Positions 16,667-26,286 of a stretch of DNA of 46,190 bases are shown in pieces. A model generated the notes under the pieces. That model saw nothing but the letters and a program-made list of their open reading frames with translations, did not search any database and was not told where the DNA came from. Each line of letters begins with the position of its first letter. Within the stretch, counting starts at the first letter, position 1. Source of the DNA: Clostridia bacterium (GTDB lineage: Bacteria > Bacillota > Clostridia > Oscillospirales > CAG-272); the NCBI GenBank assembly GCA_024404975.1, contig JAKSPH010000002.1:1-46190 (forward strand), read 5' to 3'. The position numbers and the translations under genes are program-made.

Positions 16667-18042
16667 TTCCCCACGCAGAATTTGGAAAAGATGTCGTTCA
16701 CGACCTCGTCGCAGACCGCTTTTCCGTCGATCTCGCCGATCGCACCGAGTGCGAGTTCCACGTCCGAGGACGCCGCGTCGGCGGCAAATCCGTCGGCATA
16801 CGCCTCAATGGCGGTGGCAATACAGTCGCGCGCTTTCATCAAGGCGGCGTTCTGACGCGCGGAGAAAATGACCGCGTCCTGCCCGATGACGAGTTTCTCG
16901 TCCGTGAACAGGCGGTTGACGGCGGCGGAGAGTTCCCCGGTATCTTCTTTGAGCGCGGAGAGCGAAACGACGTTTGCAAAGTATTTCCGGATCTCGCCGA
17001 CGTCGATCTTTGTCGGAAGATCGGTCTTGTTCAGCACCGCGATCGCTTCCGCATTTTGCCGTTTGACCGCCCCGATGATCTCAAGATCTTCCGCGTCGAG
17101 GGGGCGGGAGGTGTCGAACACGGCGAGAATGAGCGTCGCTTTCTCCATCGCGTCACGGCTTCTCGAAACACCGATCTTTTCGATCGGATCGTCCGTTTCG
17201 CGGATGCCCGCCGTGTCGAACAGATCGAGCATGACGCGTCCGAGCGAAACGGTTCCCGAAAGCACGTCGCGCGTGGTTCCCGGTGTGTCGGTCACGATGG
17301 CGGCGTTCTCGCCCAAAAGGAGGTTATAAAGAGAGGATTTTCCTACGTTTGGTTTTCCGCAGATGACCGTCGGAATTCCCTCGGTCACGGCTTTTCCCGT
17401 GCGGTAGGAACGGATCAGTTTTTCGATCTTTTCTTTCTCCGCGATCAGAATTCTCGCGGCATCGTCGTCCGAGAACTCGCCGAGATCTTCGTCCGGATAG
17501 TCGATCCGCGCGTAGATGGAACTCATCACCGAGAGGAGGTCGGAACGCACTTCGGCGAGCGCCGCGGAAAGACGGCTTCTGCCCTCGGTCGAGGTCAGTT
17601 TTACCTGGTCGAAACTCTTGGCGTCGAGCAGGGTTCCGATCGCCTCCGCTTCGGTAAGTCCGAGCTTGCCGTTCATGAACGCACGGCGAGTGTATTCTCC
17701 CGGCGCGGCGGGTACGGCTCCCGCGGTGAACAGACTTTCGAGAACGAGTTTCGTGATGAGCATACCGCCGTGGCAGGTAAACTCCACCGTATCTTCGCCC
17801 GTGTAGGAATAGGGGGCTTTGAATTTCGTCATCATGCCGTCGTCGATGCGGTCTTTTCCAAGATAAATATCTCCGTAGACCTGCATACGCAGGGGCAGGT
17901 CGGCAAAAGGCTTTTTATTCTTGGGGACGAACACGCGCCCCGCAATGTCGAACGCCTCTTCTCCGGAAAGCCGGATAAGGGCAACCCCACCCTTGCCGGG
18001 TGGGGTTGACACTGCTGCAATAGTTGCGGCGGGATTATTCAT
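16663..18042 (-). CDS. mnmE: tRNA uridine-5-carboxymethylaminomethyl(34) synthesis GTPase MnmE
   Basis: 459 aa with the G-domain motifs GKPNVGKSS and DTAGIR and the C-terminal CVGK tetrapeptide typical of MnmE/TrmE. Confidence 0.95.
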   Translation of the reverse strand: MNNPAATIAAVSTPPGKGGVALIRLSGEEAFDIAGRVFVPKNKKPFADLPLRMQVYGDIYLGKDRIDDGMMTKFKAPYSYTGEDTVEFTCHGGMLITKLVLESLFTAGAVPAAPGEYTRRAFMNGKLGLTEAEAIGTLLDAKSFDQVKLTSTEGRSRLSAALAEVRSDLLSVMSSIYARIDYPDEDLGEFSDDDAARILIAEKEKIEKLIRSYRTGKAVTEGIPTVICGKPNVGKSSLYNLLLGENAAIVTDTPGTTRDVLSGTVSLGRVMLDLFDTAGIRETDDPIEKIGVSRSRDAMEKATLILAVFDTSRPLDAEDLEIIGAVKRQNAEAIAVLNKTDLPTKIDVGEIRKYFANVVSLSALKEDTGELSAAVNRLFTDEKLVIGQDAVIFSARQNAALMKARDCIATAIEAYADGFAADAASSDVELALGAIGEIDGKAVCDEVVNDIFSKFCVGK

Positions 18043-19078
18043 TCTCGTTGTCGTCGGTCGCTTCCATCACGCCGGTAACGGCAATGCCGGAATCGCCTTC
18101 ATCGTCTGCGGAAACGGAAATTCCGTTGAGATCGGTGCCGCCTTCCACGGTGGAGAATTCCTCTTTCAGAGATATGCTCGCATCGTTGTTGCCGTCTTCC
18201 TCAAACAGACCCTGAGGTTTCTTGTCGGTGAGGTAGATGACGATCTTTCTGTTGTTGTCGGAACCGATGGAGTTGGTGGAAACGCCTTCGATGTTCTGAA
18301 CTTCGGAATGGATGATACGGCGCTCGTATGCGCTCATCGGCTCAAGCATAACGCTTCTCTTGTTGCGAAGCGCCTTGGCTGCCATGCGGCGGGCGAGGGC
18401 GCGGAGAGTTTCTTCTCTCTTTGCGCGGTAGCCTTCGATATCGATCGTAACGCGGGATTTGTTTCTCTCGCCGTTCACGTTCTTCTGTGCGGAAGCGAGG
18501 TTGGTGAGGTACTGCAACGCGTCGAGGGTGTCACCGTGATGACCGATCAGCGCGGATGCGTCCGCACCGCTGATGTTGATGCGGCGGGAACCGTCCTCGC
18601 AGGCGAGGATCTCGGCTTCCGCGTCAAGTCCGATGTCGCGGAGAACGGCTTTGACGAACTCGAAGGACATATCTTCGCCGTCTTTGACGTCCATTTTCTC
18701 AAACTTCAGTTCGGTTTCGGGAATGACTGCCGCGCGGGGTGCTTCGGATTTCTGAGTCTTGGGCGCCTTGGGGGCATCGTTCTTCTCGGATTTGGGCGCG
18801 TCGTTCTTGCGATCGTTCTTACGGGGACGGTCGTTGCGCTGTTCGCGGTTGGGGCGGTTTCTCTGTTCGTATCTTGCGGGGCGTTCCTGCTTGTCGGCGA
18901 TCTCGATGTAAGCACGGACTTTGGCAGGTCTGGTGCCGATGATACCGAAGATTCCTTTGCTTCCGGCATCTACGATTTCATAGTTGACGTCGGCGAGAGG
19001 ATCTGCACCGAGCGCGATTCTTGCATTTTCTTTCGCTTCGACAATATCTTTGCCGGTAGCGATAACTTCTTTTATCAT
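18035..19078 (-). CDS. jag: Jag/KhpB (EloR) RNA-binding protein with KH and R3H domains
   Basis: 347 aa with a Jag_N-like N-terminus (MIKEVIATGKDIVEAKENA), a basic low-complexity linker, then a KH/R3H region (GYRAKREETL...MSAYERRIIH). It holds the conserved position between yidC and mnmE. Confidence 0.88.
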   Translation of the reverse strand: MIKEVIATGKDIVEAKENARIALGADPLADVNYEIVDAGSKGIFGIIGTRPAKVRAYIEIADKQERPARYEQRNRPNREQRNDRPRKNDRKNDAPKSEKNDAPKAPKTQKSEAPRAAVIPETELKFEKMDVKDGEDMSFEFVKAVLRDIGLDAEAEILACEDGSRRINISGADASALIGHHGDTLDALQYLTNLASAQKNVNGERNKSRVTIDIEGYRAKREETLRALARRMAAKALRNKRSVMLEPMSAYERRIIHSEVQNIEGVSTNSIGSDNNRKIVIYLTDKKPQGLFEEDGNNDASISLKEEFSTVEGGTDLNGISVSADDEGDSGIAVTGVMEATDDNENE

Positions 19079-19100
19079 AATCGGATTTCTTCCTTACTTA

Positions 19101-20690
19101 TTATTTTTTATCGTCTTTGAGGGAACCTGCATCAAGTCCGAGAGGTCCTTTTTTCTCGTCTTTTTTACCGTCGTTCTTGATTTCGGGAAGAACGTCGTAA
19201 TCGTCTTCGTCAATATAATGAAGAGATTTGTGTCTGGGCTGTGCCTGCGCGGCGGCTCTTGCTGCCTTTTCTTTTTCCTTTGCGGCTTTTTCCATTTCAC
19301 GGAGTTCTTCCGCGGTGTAGGAAGGCATCGGCATCAGTCTGGAGAGCAGGAAGGTCTGACCGAGACCGAGTACGGACTGGTAGATCCAGTACAAACCGAG
19401 CATTGCGGGAAGGGAGAAGGAGATGAAGAGCGTCATTGCGGGGAACATGAGATCCATCATCTTCATAGAAGCGGCTGTCTGCGCATCGCCGGCACTCGCA
19501 CCGGTGTTGCCGTTCCACTTCTTGGTGAGGGACATGGTCAGCCACTGGAATACGGTGGCGATCACGGGGATGACGACGAGAAGGGAGATCGCTTTGAGCG
19601 AGGGGACGTCACCGAGGTTCAGTCCGAACAGACTGAAGTTGGGGATCACGATGTCTTTGAGCGTGTTCCATATGTCGGCACTGTTCGAGAAGTAAGCGAA
19701 GTCTTTGATTCCTTCCGCGGCGGATACGTTTCCGATCTGGGAAAGGACGGAGATGGTGGATTTCGCGTTGGTCAGTGTGATGCCGAGACCGCCTGCCGCT
19801 TTCGAAGCGGTAACGTAGGTCGAAAGTGCGTTGGATACGGTGTCCGCGATACCGAGAACGTAGTGCAGGGGGTTGGTGATGATGTTATAGAGGGCGATGA
19901 TGATGGGGAACTGGATCAGGAGGGGGAGGCATCCGGAGAGGCATCCTGCGCCCTCTTTCTGCTGAAGATCCATGATCTCCTGCTGCATCTTCTGTTTTGT
20001 CGCCTGATCGTTTCTGCCGGCGTACTTCTTCTCGATCTGCGCGATCTTGGGACGGAGTTTTGCCTGGGCGATCTGGGTTTTCTGCTGTTTGATGGAAGCG
20101 GGGAAGAAGATGATCTTCATAATGAATGCGAAGAGGAAGATGGAGATCGCGTAGAATCCTCCGGTCAGACCGGTCATCCAGTTGAGGAATTTACCGATCC
20201 AGAGAAGGATGGTGGCGACAACGCCGTTCTTTGCTTCGAGTTCAACGGTGGATTTCATTCTTTCCACAACGGTCGTCACGTCGTCCGCGGTGAGAGCGGC
20301 TTTGAAGTCGGCGAGGGCGGTTTTGGAAGTATCGTCGGTGACCTTTTCGGCTACGGCGTCGAGAACTTTACCTGCGGCGGTGAGATCCGTTGCTTTTTGA
20401 GGCGCATCGGCGGCGGGATCCACGTTGCCGTCGATCAGATCGTATCCGCGGTATGCGGCAACGAATTGCTCATGGCGGGTAGCGTCGAGTTTAACGATAC
20501 GCGCGACGTACTTTCTCACGGAGGCTTCACGGCTGGAGGCATCCGTGTAGTCCGCTTTTTCACTGTCGGTCATGTTGTAGCCGGTTTCCGGGTTTTTCCC
20601 GCAGGAAGTCAGCGTGGCAACGCACAGAACAGTGAGTACTGCACAAAGCAGAATCGCGAGGATTCGCGACGTAATTTTCATTTTTTTCAT
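19101..20690 (-). CDS. yidC: membrane protein insertase YidC, lipoprotein type, unusually long
   Basis: The start at 20690 ([32 protein letters not shown]) overlaps the yidD stop (ATGA). The YidC core includes [23 protein letters not shown] and a Lys-rich C-terminal tail. The listed longer ORF start runs through yidD/rnpA and is rejected. Confidence 0.88.
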   Translation of the reverse strand: MKKMKITSRILAILLCAVLTVLCVATLTSCGKNPETGYNMTDSEKADYTDASSREASVRKYVARIVKLDATRHEQFVAAYRGYDLIDGNVDPAADAPQKATDLTAAGKVLDAVAEKVTDDTSKTALADFKAALTADDVTTVVERMKSTVELEAKNGVVATILLWIGKFLNWMTGLTGGFYAISIFLFAFIMKIIFFPASIKQQKTQIAQAKLRPKIAQIEKKYAGRNDQATKQKMQQEIMDLQQKEGAGCLSGCLPLLIQFPIIIALYNIITNPLHYVLGIADTVSNALSTYVTASKAAGGLGITLTNAKSTISVLSQIGNVSAAEGIKDFAYFSNSADIWNTLKDIVIPNFSLFGLNLGDVPSLKAISLLVVIPVIATVFQWLTMSLTKKWNGNTGASAGDAQTAASMKMMDLMFPAMTLFISFSLPAMLGLYWIYQSVLGLGQTFLLSRLMPMPSYTAEELREMEKAAKEKEKAARAAAQAQPRHKSLHYIDEDDYDVLPEIKNDGKKDEKKGPLGLDAGSLKDDKK

Positions 20691-20971
20691 GGATTGTTTT
20701 CCTTTGTTTCGGTTTGTTTCGTATTCCCGTCGATCTTGCTTTTCGGATTTCGCAGACCGTGTTCGGGGACGGGATCGTAGCCGCCCTTGGAAAAAGGGTT
20801 GCAGCGAAGCAGCCGCCACACGGTGAGTATCATTCCGACAAAAAAGCCACGTTTGGTAAATGCTTCGAGAGCATAGGCAGAACAAGTAGGTGAGTACTTG
20901 CAGCAAGGCGGTTTTAACGGGGAAATACAGCGACGGTAGAATTTGATAAGCGCGATCATCAGATGTTTCAT
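20687..20971 (-). CDS. yidD: membrane protein insertion efficiency factor YidD
   Basis: The motif [26 protein letters not shown] is characteristic of YidD. The gene overlaps the rnpA stop by 4 nt. Confidence 0.9.
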   Translation of the reverse strand: MKHLMIALIKFYRRCISPLKPPCCKYSPTCSAYALEAFTKRGFFVGMILTVWRLLRCNPFSKGGYDPVPEHGLRNPKSKIDGNTKQTETKENNP

Positions 20972-21354
20972 ATCGTAGTATCGGCAAACATATTGAGTTT
21001 GCTCATAGCGTAATCGAGATCCTGACGAATGTCCGTGCTTTTCGCGTCAACTGCCGCGCTTCTTGCGGCGATGACGATGAGAAAGCCGACTTTGAGGGGC
21101 TTGTCTTTTTCAAGCGACACGAGTCCCGCACGCAGGATCCTGCGGACGCGGCTGCGCACGACGGCGCCTCCGAGTTTGGTCGAAACGGTAAGACCGATGC
21201 GGTTGACCGTTTTCTTTTCGGGATGTGCTTTGGCAAGCCGCTTGGCGGCATAATCCGGCAGTATGTACACGGCGATGCGCGGTGTTACTGCCCGCTTTCC
21301 TTTGGCGTATGCTTTTTGGTATAAGTGGTTTTCGCAGATTGCTCTGAATTTCAT
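20968..21354 (-). CDS. rnpA: ribonuclease P protein component
   Basis: 128-aa basic protein in the conserved position after rpmH, with an RNR-like motif ([11 protein letters not shown]). Confidence 0.9.
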   Translation of the reverse strand: MKFRAICENHLYQKAYAKGKRAVTPRIAVYILPDYAAKRLAKAHPEKKTVNRIGLTVSTKLGGAVVRSRVRRILRAGLVSLEKDKPLKVGFLIVIAARSAAVDAKSTDIRQDLDYAMSKLNMFADTTI

Positions 21355-21373
21355 AGTACCGTTTCTCCTGCGT

Positions 21374-21420
21374 TAAACAAAAACCCCGATAAAAAGCACA
21401 AGAAACGGCGCTTTATCGGG
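21374..21420 (-). terminator. intercistronic terminator-like hairpin between rpmH and rnpA
   Basis: 9-bp stem CCCGATAAA/TTTATCGGG with an 18-nt loop, followed by GTTTTTGTTT on the minus strand. Confidence 0.5.
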
Positions 21421-21443
21421 AGTTTTGTAGTCACAGTGTGTGA

Positions 21444-21578
21444 TCAATAGGTGAGACGAGCTCTTCCTTTGGCGCGTCTTCTTTTAAGAACTTTTCTGCC
21501 GTTTGCGGTAGCCATTCTTTTTCTGAAACCGTGTTCTTTGTTTCTCTGTCTCTTCTTGGGCTGGTAGGTTCTCTTCAT
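21444..21578 (-). CDS. rpmH: 50S ribosomal protein L34
   Basis: 44 aa, [44 protein letters not shown], with a GGAGG SD. The listed longer ORF start is spurious. Confidence 0.97.
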   Translation of the reverse strand: MKRTYQPKKRQRNKEHGFRKRMATANGRKVLKRRRAKGRARLTY

Positions 21579-21642
21579 CAGTATGCACCTCCTTTGTTTA
21601 TTTTTCGTGCAAATAATGCATATCCATACGAAAGCACGATCC

Positions 21643-21671
21643 ATTATAACTTTTTTTGTGTCAAATGTCAA
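21643..21671 (-). promoter_or_regulatory. consensus sigma70 promoter for the rpmH operon
   Basis: Minus strand reads TTGACA-17 nt-TATAAT. Confidence 0.7.
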
Positions 21672-21752
21672 GTGCTTTTTTGAATTTTTCAAAAGAAAAG
21701 GAAAAGAAATGAAAAAATCGCGCAGAAACCGAGAATATCCGCGTTTGTTCTC

Positions 21753-21781
21753 TTGACTTTACGCGCGGTTTCTGCTAAAAT
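21753..21781 (+). promoter_or_regulatory. sigma70 promoter for hpt-mtaB-glyQS
   Basis: TTGACT-17 nt-TAAAAT. Confidence 0.6.
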
Positions 21782-21830
21782 ATACTTTATCGGATTTTAC
21801 GTCCGACAGAAACGTATTTTGGAGCAACTT

Positions 21831-22388
21831 ATGAAACATAAGGATATTGACAGAATTCTTGTATCCGAGGAAGAACTCGATAAGATCACTACGCGTATCG
21901 CCGCCGAGATCGACCGCGATTACAACCGTCCCGACAAGAGATTGGTACTCGTCTGCATTTTGAAAGGTTCGATCATGTTCATGGGAGATCTCATGAAGAA
22001 ACTGACCGTCCCCTGCGAGATCGACTGCATGAAGGTTTCGTCCTACGGAAACGGCACCGTTTCCTCCGGCTCGATCCACATCATTCTCGACCTGATCCGT
22101 TCCGACCTCGCGACCTGCGACCTTCTGATCATTGAAGATATCATCGATTCCGGCACAACGCTTTCTTATCTCACGAACTACCTTAAACTTAAAGGCGCGC
22201 GCAGTGTAAGAACCTGCACCCTTCTGGACAAGCCCAGCCGCAGAAAGGTACAGTACGTTCCCGATTATATCGGACTTGAGATCCCCGATGAATTCGTCGT
22301 CGGTTACGGTCTTGATTTCGCGGAGAACTACCGCGCACTTCCTTACGTCGGAATTCTCAAACCCGAAGTGTATTCCAACGCAAAATAA
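21831..22388 (+). CDS. hpt: hypoxanthine phosphoribosyltransferase
   Basis: The ATG at 21831 follows GGAG. The PRPP-binding motif is LLIIEDIIDSGTTL, and the N-terminus MKHKDIDRILVSEEEL is typical of Hpt. Confidence 0.92.
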   Translation: MKHKDIDRILVSEEELDKITTRIAAEIDRDYNRPDKRLVLVCILKGSIMFMGDLMKKLTVPCEIDCMKVSSYGNGTVSSGSIHIILDLIRSDLATCDLLIIEDIIDSGTTLSYLTNYLKLKGARSVRTCTLLDKPSRRKVQYVPDYIGLEIPDEFVVGYGLDFAENYRALPYVGILKPEVYSNAK

Positions 22389-22409
22389 GATCCGGGGAGG
22401 ATTCACCGT

Positions 22410-23729
22410 ATGCCGTCCGTCGGACTTTATACCCTGGGGTGCAAAGTTTCGCAGTATGAAACGGAGGCCGTCGGGGAAGCATTTGAAAAACAGGGATTCG
22501 AGATCTTACCGTTCGAGGAATCCTGCGACGTTTATTTCATCAACACCTGTACCGTAACGGCGGAATCCGACAGAAAATCCCGTCAGATCATCCGCCGTGC
22601 CACTTCTCATAAAAACGCCGTCGTCGCCGTAGCGGGATGTTACAGTCAGACCGCCTGCGGGGAGATCCTGAAGATCCCAGGTGTCGACATCGTGATCGGA
22701 AACGGCGAGAAACTGCAGACCGTAGAGTTCGCCGTGCAAAAACTCGCGGAGAAACAGAGCGGCACCGTGTCCGCCCCCATCGTGAAAGTCGGCCGCATTG
22801 AGGACGAGCCGTTTGAAAAAATGACGGTCAAAAAAGCCCCGCGTACCCGTGCCTACGTCAAGATCGAGGACGGTTGCGAGTGCAGATGCACCTATTGCGA
22901 GATCCCGAACGCGAGAGGACTTGTCCGCTCGAAACTTCCCGCCGACGTCATCGCGGAAGTGGAAGCGCTCCATGCCTCCGGCACGAAAGAGATCGTACTG
23001 ACCGGTATCGAAACCGCGTCTTACGGGACGGATTTTTCGGACGGCTACCGTCTGATTGACCTGCTCGAAGAACTCGACAGACGGCACAGCGCAGACCGCA
23101 TCCGCTTGGGTTCCTTAACGCCGGAACTCATGAAACCTGCGTTCGTCGAGCGCATGAAAAAACTCTCGATCTTGGTTCCGCATTTTCATCTTTCCATGCA
23201 GTCGGGAAGCGATAACGTCCTCCGCGGGATGAAGCGCCGTTACAACCGTCAGATGGCACTCGATGCCATGGCGAGAACGCGTGAGGCGATGCCCGACGTA
23301 CAGTTCACGACCGATCTGATGGTCGGATTCCCCGGTGAAACCGAGGAGAATTTCGAAGAAACGCTGGACTTCGTCCGCAGGGCGCGCTTCTTGAGCATGC
23401 ACGTATTTGCGTACTCGCGCCGTCCGGGAACCCCTGCCGCCGGCTACGACGGGCAGGTCGCGGAGAGTATCAAACACGACCGTTCCCGCCGGCTGATCGC
23501 CGAAGGCGAAAAGATCCGTGACGGTATCCTCTCGGAGATCGTCAGAGAGGGAAGCCTCCTTCGCGTCATTCCCGAAACCGCGGGAGAGGGATATTACGAA
23601 GCACATTCGGACTCTTTCGTCGCCGTCAGAGTGCTGACGAAATGCGATCTTCGCGGTGAACTCATCTACGTCAAACCCGTCCGCGCGGAGAACGGAATTC
23701 TCTACGCGGAGCCTGTAATTGACAACTAA
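22410..23729 (+). CDS. mtaB: tRNA t6A37 methylthiotransferase (MiaB-like, MtaB type)
   Basis: 439 aa. The N-terminal UPF0004 Cys triad context is YTLGCKVSQYE...NTCTVT, and the radical-SAM CxxxCxxC is CECRCTYC. There is a C-terminal TRAM-like region. Confidence 0.85.
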   Translation: MPSVGLYTLGCKVSQYETEAVGEAFEKQGFEILPFEESCDVYFINTCTVTAESDRKSRQIIRRATSHKNAVVAVAGCYSQTACGEILKIPGVDIVIGNGEKLQTVEFAVQKLAEKQSGTVSAPIVKVGRIEDEPFEKMTVKKAPRTRAYVKIEDGCECRCTYCEIPNARGLVRSKLPADVIAEVEALHASGTKEIVLTGIETASYGTDFSDGYRLIDLLEELDRRHSADRIRLGSLTPELMKPAFVERMKKLSILVPHFHLSMQSGSDNVLRGMKRRYNRQMALDAMARTREAMPDVQFTTDLMVGFPGETEENFEETLDFVRRARFLSMHVFAYSRRPGTPAAGYDGQVAESIKHDRSRRLIAEGEKIRDGILSEIVREGSLLRVIPETAGEGYYEAHSDSFVAVRVLTKCDLRGELIYVKPVRAENGILYAEPVIDN

Positions 23730-23763
23730 ACTTTGCAAAATTTAATATTTGGAGATATATAAA

Positions 23764-25155
23764 ATGGAAAACAGTCAGAAGACAATGGACAAAATTGTTG
23801 CGCTTTGCAAAACGCGCGGCTTCATTTTCCCCGGCTCGGAGATCTACGGCGGTCTTGCCAACTCCTGGGACTACGGCCCTCTCGGCGTTGAGTTCAAGAA
23901 CAACGTAAAACGCGCTTGGTGGAAAAAATTTGTGCAGGAATCTCCCTACAACGTAGGTTTGGATTCCGCGATCATCATGAACCCTCAGGCATGGGTGGCT
24001 TCCGGTCACGTCGGCGGCTTCTCCGATCCTCTGATGGACTGCAAACAGTGCAAAGCCCGTCACAGAGCAGATAAACTTATCGAAGATTACGCTTTCAAAA
24101 ACGGCACCGACGAGAACCCCGCGGGCTGGTCCTTCGAACAGATGGCGGCGTTCATCAAAGAGAAGGGCATCGCTTGCCCCGATTGCGGCGGTAAAGAGTT
24201 CACCGACATCAAGAAATTCAACCTGATGTTCAAGACCTTCATCGGCGTTACCGAGGACTCCACCTCTACGGTTTACCTCCGTCCCGAAACCGCACAGGGT
24301 ATCTTCGTAAACTTCAATTCCGTTCAGCGCTCCGCGAGAAAGAAACTTCCTTTCGGTATCGCGCAGATCGGTAAATCCTTCCGTAACGAGATCACCCCCG
24401 GTAACTTCACCTTCCGTACCCGTGAGTTTGAGCAGATGGAACTTGAGTTCTTCTGCAAACCCGGCACTGACCTTGAATGGTTCGCTTATTGGAAGAACTA
24501 CTGTCACAAATTCCTCCTCGATCTCGGTATGAGAGATGAAAACCTCCGCCTCCGTGACCACGATCCCGAAGAACTTTGCTTCTACTCCAAAGCAACGACC
24601 GACTTCGAGTTCCTCTTCCCGTTCGGATGGGGCGAACTTTGGGGCGTTGCCGACAGAACCGACTACGACCTCGGTCAGCATCAGAAATTCTCCGGCAAGG
24701 ATCTCACCTACTTCGATCAGGAAACCAACGAGCATTACGTTCCTTACGTTGTCGAGCCCTCCCTCGGCGCAGACCGTGTGGCTCTCGCCTTCCTTGTTGA
24801 CGCTTACGATGAGGAAACCCTCGGTGAAGGCGACGTCCGTGTCGTTCTTCACCTTCATCCCGCTCTTGCTCCCTTCAAGGCAGCCGTCCTTCCTCTCTCC
24901 AAGAAACTCTCCGACAAAGCGACCGAACTCTTCGCGGATCTCGCAAAAGAGTTCTCCGTTGACTTCGACGAAACCGGTTCCATCGGTAAGAGATACCGCA
25001 GAGAAGACGAGATCGGTACGCCCTTCTGCATCACCTACGACTTCGATACCGAGAACGACGGATGCGTTACCGTCCGCGACCGCGATACCATGGAGCAGGT
25101 TCGTATGCCCATTGCGGAAGTCAAGAACTACATCAGAGAAAAGATCGCCTTCTGA
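23764..25155 (+). CDS. glyQS: glycine--tRNA ligase (alpha2 type)
   Basis: The ATG at 23764 lies 9 nt after GGAG; the listed ORF begins at an upstream [37 protein letters not shown] is typical of GlyQS. Confidence 0.93.
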   Translation: MENSQKTMDKIVALCKTRGFIFPGSEIYGGLANSWDYGPLGVEFKNNVKRAWWKKFVQESPYNVGLDSAIIMNPQAWVASGHVGGFSDPLMDCKQCKARHRADKLIEDYAFKNGTDENPAGWSFEQMAAFIKEKGIACPDCGGKEFTDIKKFNLMFKTFIGVTEDSTSTVYLRPETAQGIFVNFNSVQRSARKKLPFGIAQIGKSFRNEITPGNFTFRTREFEQMELEFFCKPGTDLEWFAYWKNYCHKFLLDLGMRDENLRLRDHDPEELCFYSKATTDFEFLFPFGWGELWGVADRTDYDLGQHQKFSGKDLTYFDQETNEHYVPYVVEPSLGADRVALAFLVDAYDEETLGEGDVRVVLHLHPALAPFKAAVLPLSKKLSDKATELFADLAKEFSVDFDETGSIGKRYRREDEIGTPFCITYDFDTENDGCVTVRDRDTMEQVRMPIAEVKNYIREKIAF

Positions 25156-25206
25156 TCGGGCATTATCCCACGGGAAAAGCCGCTTCCTAAAGCGGTCTTC
25201 CCCAAA

Positions 25207-25240
25207 CAAAAAACTCCGACATCGCGTCGGAGTTTTTTGT
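25207..25240. terminator. bidirectional rho-independent terminator
   Basis: AAAAAA-CTCCGAC-ATCGC-GTCGGAG-TTTTTT lies between the convergent glyQS and exonuclease genes. Confidence 0.8.
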
Positions 25241-25255
25241 TTGTTCGAATGAAAA

Positions 25256-26242
25256 TCAATCTTTGTTCTCTGAGGTGTCGGGGGTCTGCGGTTTGCGTTT
25301 CATACCGCTGCGGCGGTTGCGGCTCTTCCGGCGAATGGCGTTTTCATTCAACTTATGTTTGTATTCGATGATCTGCTCCTCGGTAGCGGGAGCGATAACG
25401 CGTTTGGCGCGCCAGGTGTCATTGAAATTGCGGTGAAGTTTGAGTGTCAGGAACATATCGCCGTCCTTTTCGCAACGGCAAAGCACGCAGAATCGCTGTC
25501 CTCTCGAATGGAGCGGCTTGTCTTTTCTCGTCAGCGGCTTTTTGCAGATCGGGCAGACCGGGGAAGCCACACATTCGTCGGCAAACAGTTCTCCGATGGT
25601 GACGTAGCCGTCATCTCCCGCGTCGGCATCGCCGATGACCGAACTTTCAAGAATGTCACCCATCACGGCACGGTACTCGCGGATGCCTTCGGCAACGTCG
25701 AGCTTCGCCGCAACGAGGGCGGTGAAGTACGCGTCGTTGAGCGCGTCGTGCGCGGGGAGCGTCTGCGGAATCTCGAAATATTCCATGGCATATTCAAGCG
25801 AACGCTGTTTCGTGGAATCGTCCGTCTGACGGTTGAAGATGACCTGCAGATCGTAGGTCTTGTCCAGCCAGTCGGAGGGCAGGTCGTTGACTCTGAAATT
25901 GTCTTTCAGCATCGGCACGTCGTCGGGACCCCAGGTGAGGAAGCAGAAGTCTTCTCCGCAGAAACGGCGGAAACCTTCGGCGGCTTGGGAGAGGGGCATA
26001 CCGCGGTTCATCATCTCTTGTGAAATGCCGGTGAGTTCGGATACGTGCCGGTGGATCTTCTTGAAGAATTTCGGTTTGATAATGACCGAATACGAACCGC
26101 AGGGAACCATGTTCCTGTCAAGTTTGACGGCACCGATCTGGATGACTTCGCCTCTTAAACGGGAGGAGAGTTGCTTTTGCACGGCGAGTGCTTTTTGCGC
26201 GTAGGCTTGGTTCCATTCCAAATCCAATGTGATATAATACAT
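25256..26242 (-). CDS. DEDDh-type 3'-5' exonuclease with a C-terminal Cys-rich extension
   Basis: 328 aa. The Exo motifs are LDLE (I), WGPDD (II) and HDALNDA (III). The C-terminal part has CPIC...CVLCRC and a basic tail. Confidence 0.8.
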   Translation of the reverse strand: MYYITLDLEWNQAYAQKALAVQKQLSSRLRGEVIQIGAVKLDRNMVPCGSYSVIIKPKFFKKIHRHVSELTGISQEMMNRGMPLSQAAEGFRRFCGEDFCFLTWGPDDVPMLKDNFRVNDLPSDWLDKTYDLQVIFNRQTDDSTKQRSLEYAMEYFEIPQTLPAHDALNDAYFTALVAAKLDVAEGIREYRAVMGDILESSVIGDADAGDDGYVTIGELFADECVASPVCPICKKPLTRKDKPLHSRGQRFCVLCRCEKDGDMFLTLKLHRNFNDTWRAKRVIAPATEEQIIEYKHKLNENAIRRKSRNRRSGMKRKPQTPDTSENKD

Positions 26243-26286
26243 CTGACCAATCCTTTTCGGTAAGCAATAGAAATCTATACAACATA

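Noticed and set aside
20691-20987. N-terminal extension of the yidC ORF (628 aa as listed).
   Set aside because: The extension overlaps yidD and the rnpA end in another frame and is Arg/Cys-rich junk. A canonical lipoprotein signal peptide with an ATGA overlap to the yidD stop begins at 20690.
21579-21830. Possible oriC between the divergent rpmH and hpt genes.
   Set aside because: There is no dnaA gene and no cluster of good DnaA boxes; the best matches are 7/9 and 6/9. There is no obvious AT-rich DUE beyond the two promoters. Gene orientation further right reverts to the minus strand.
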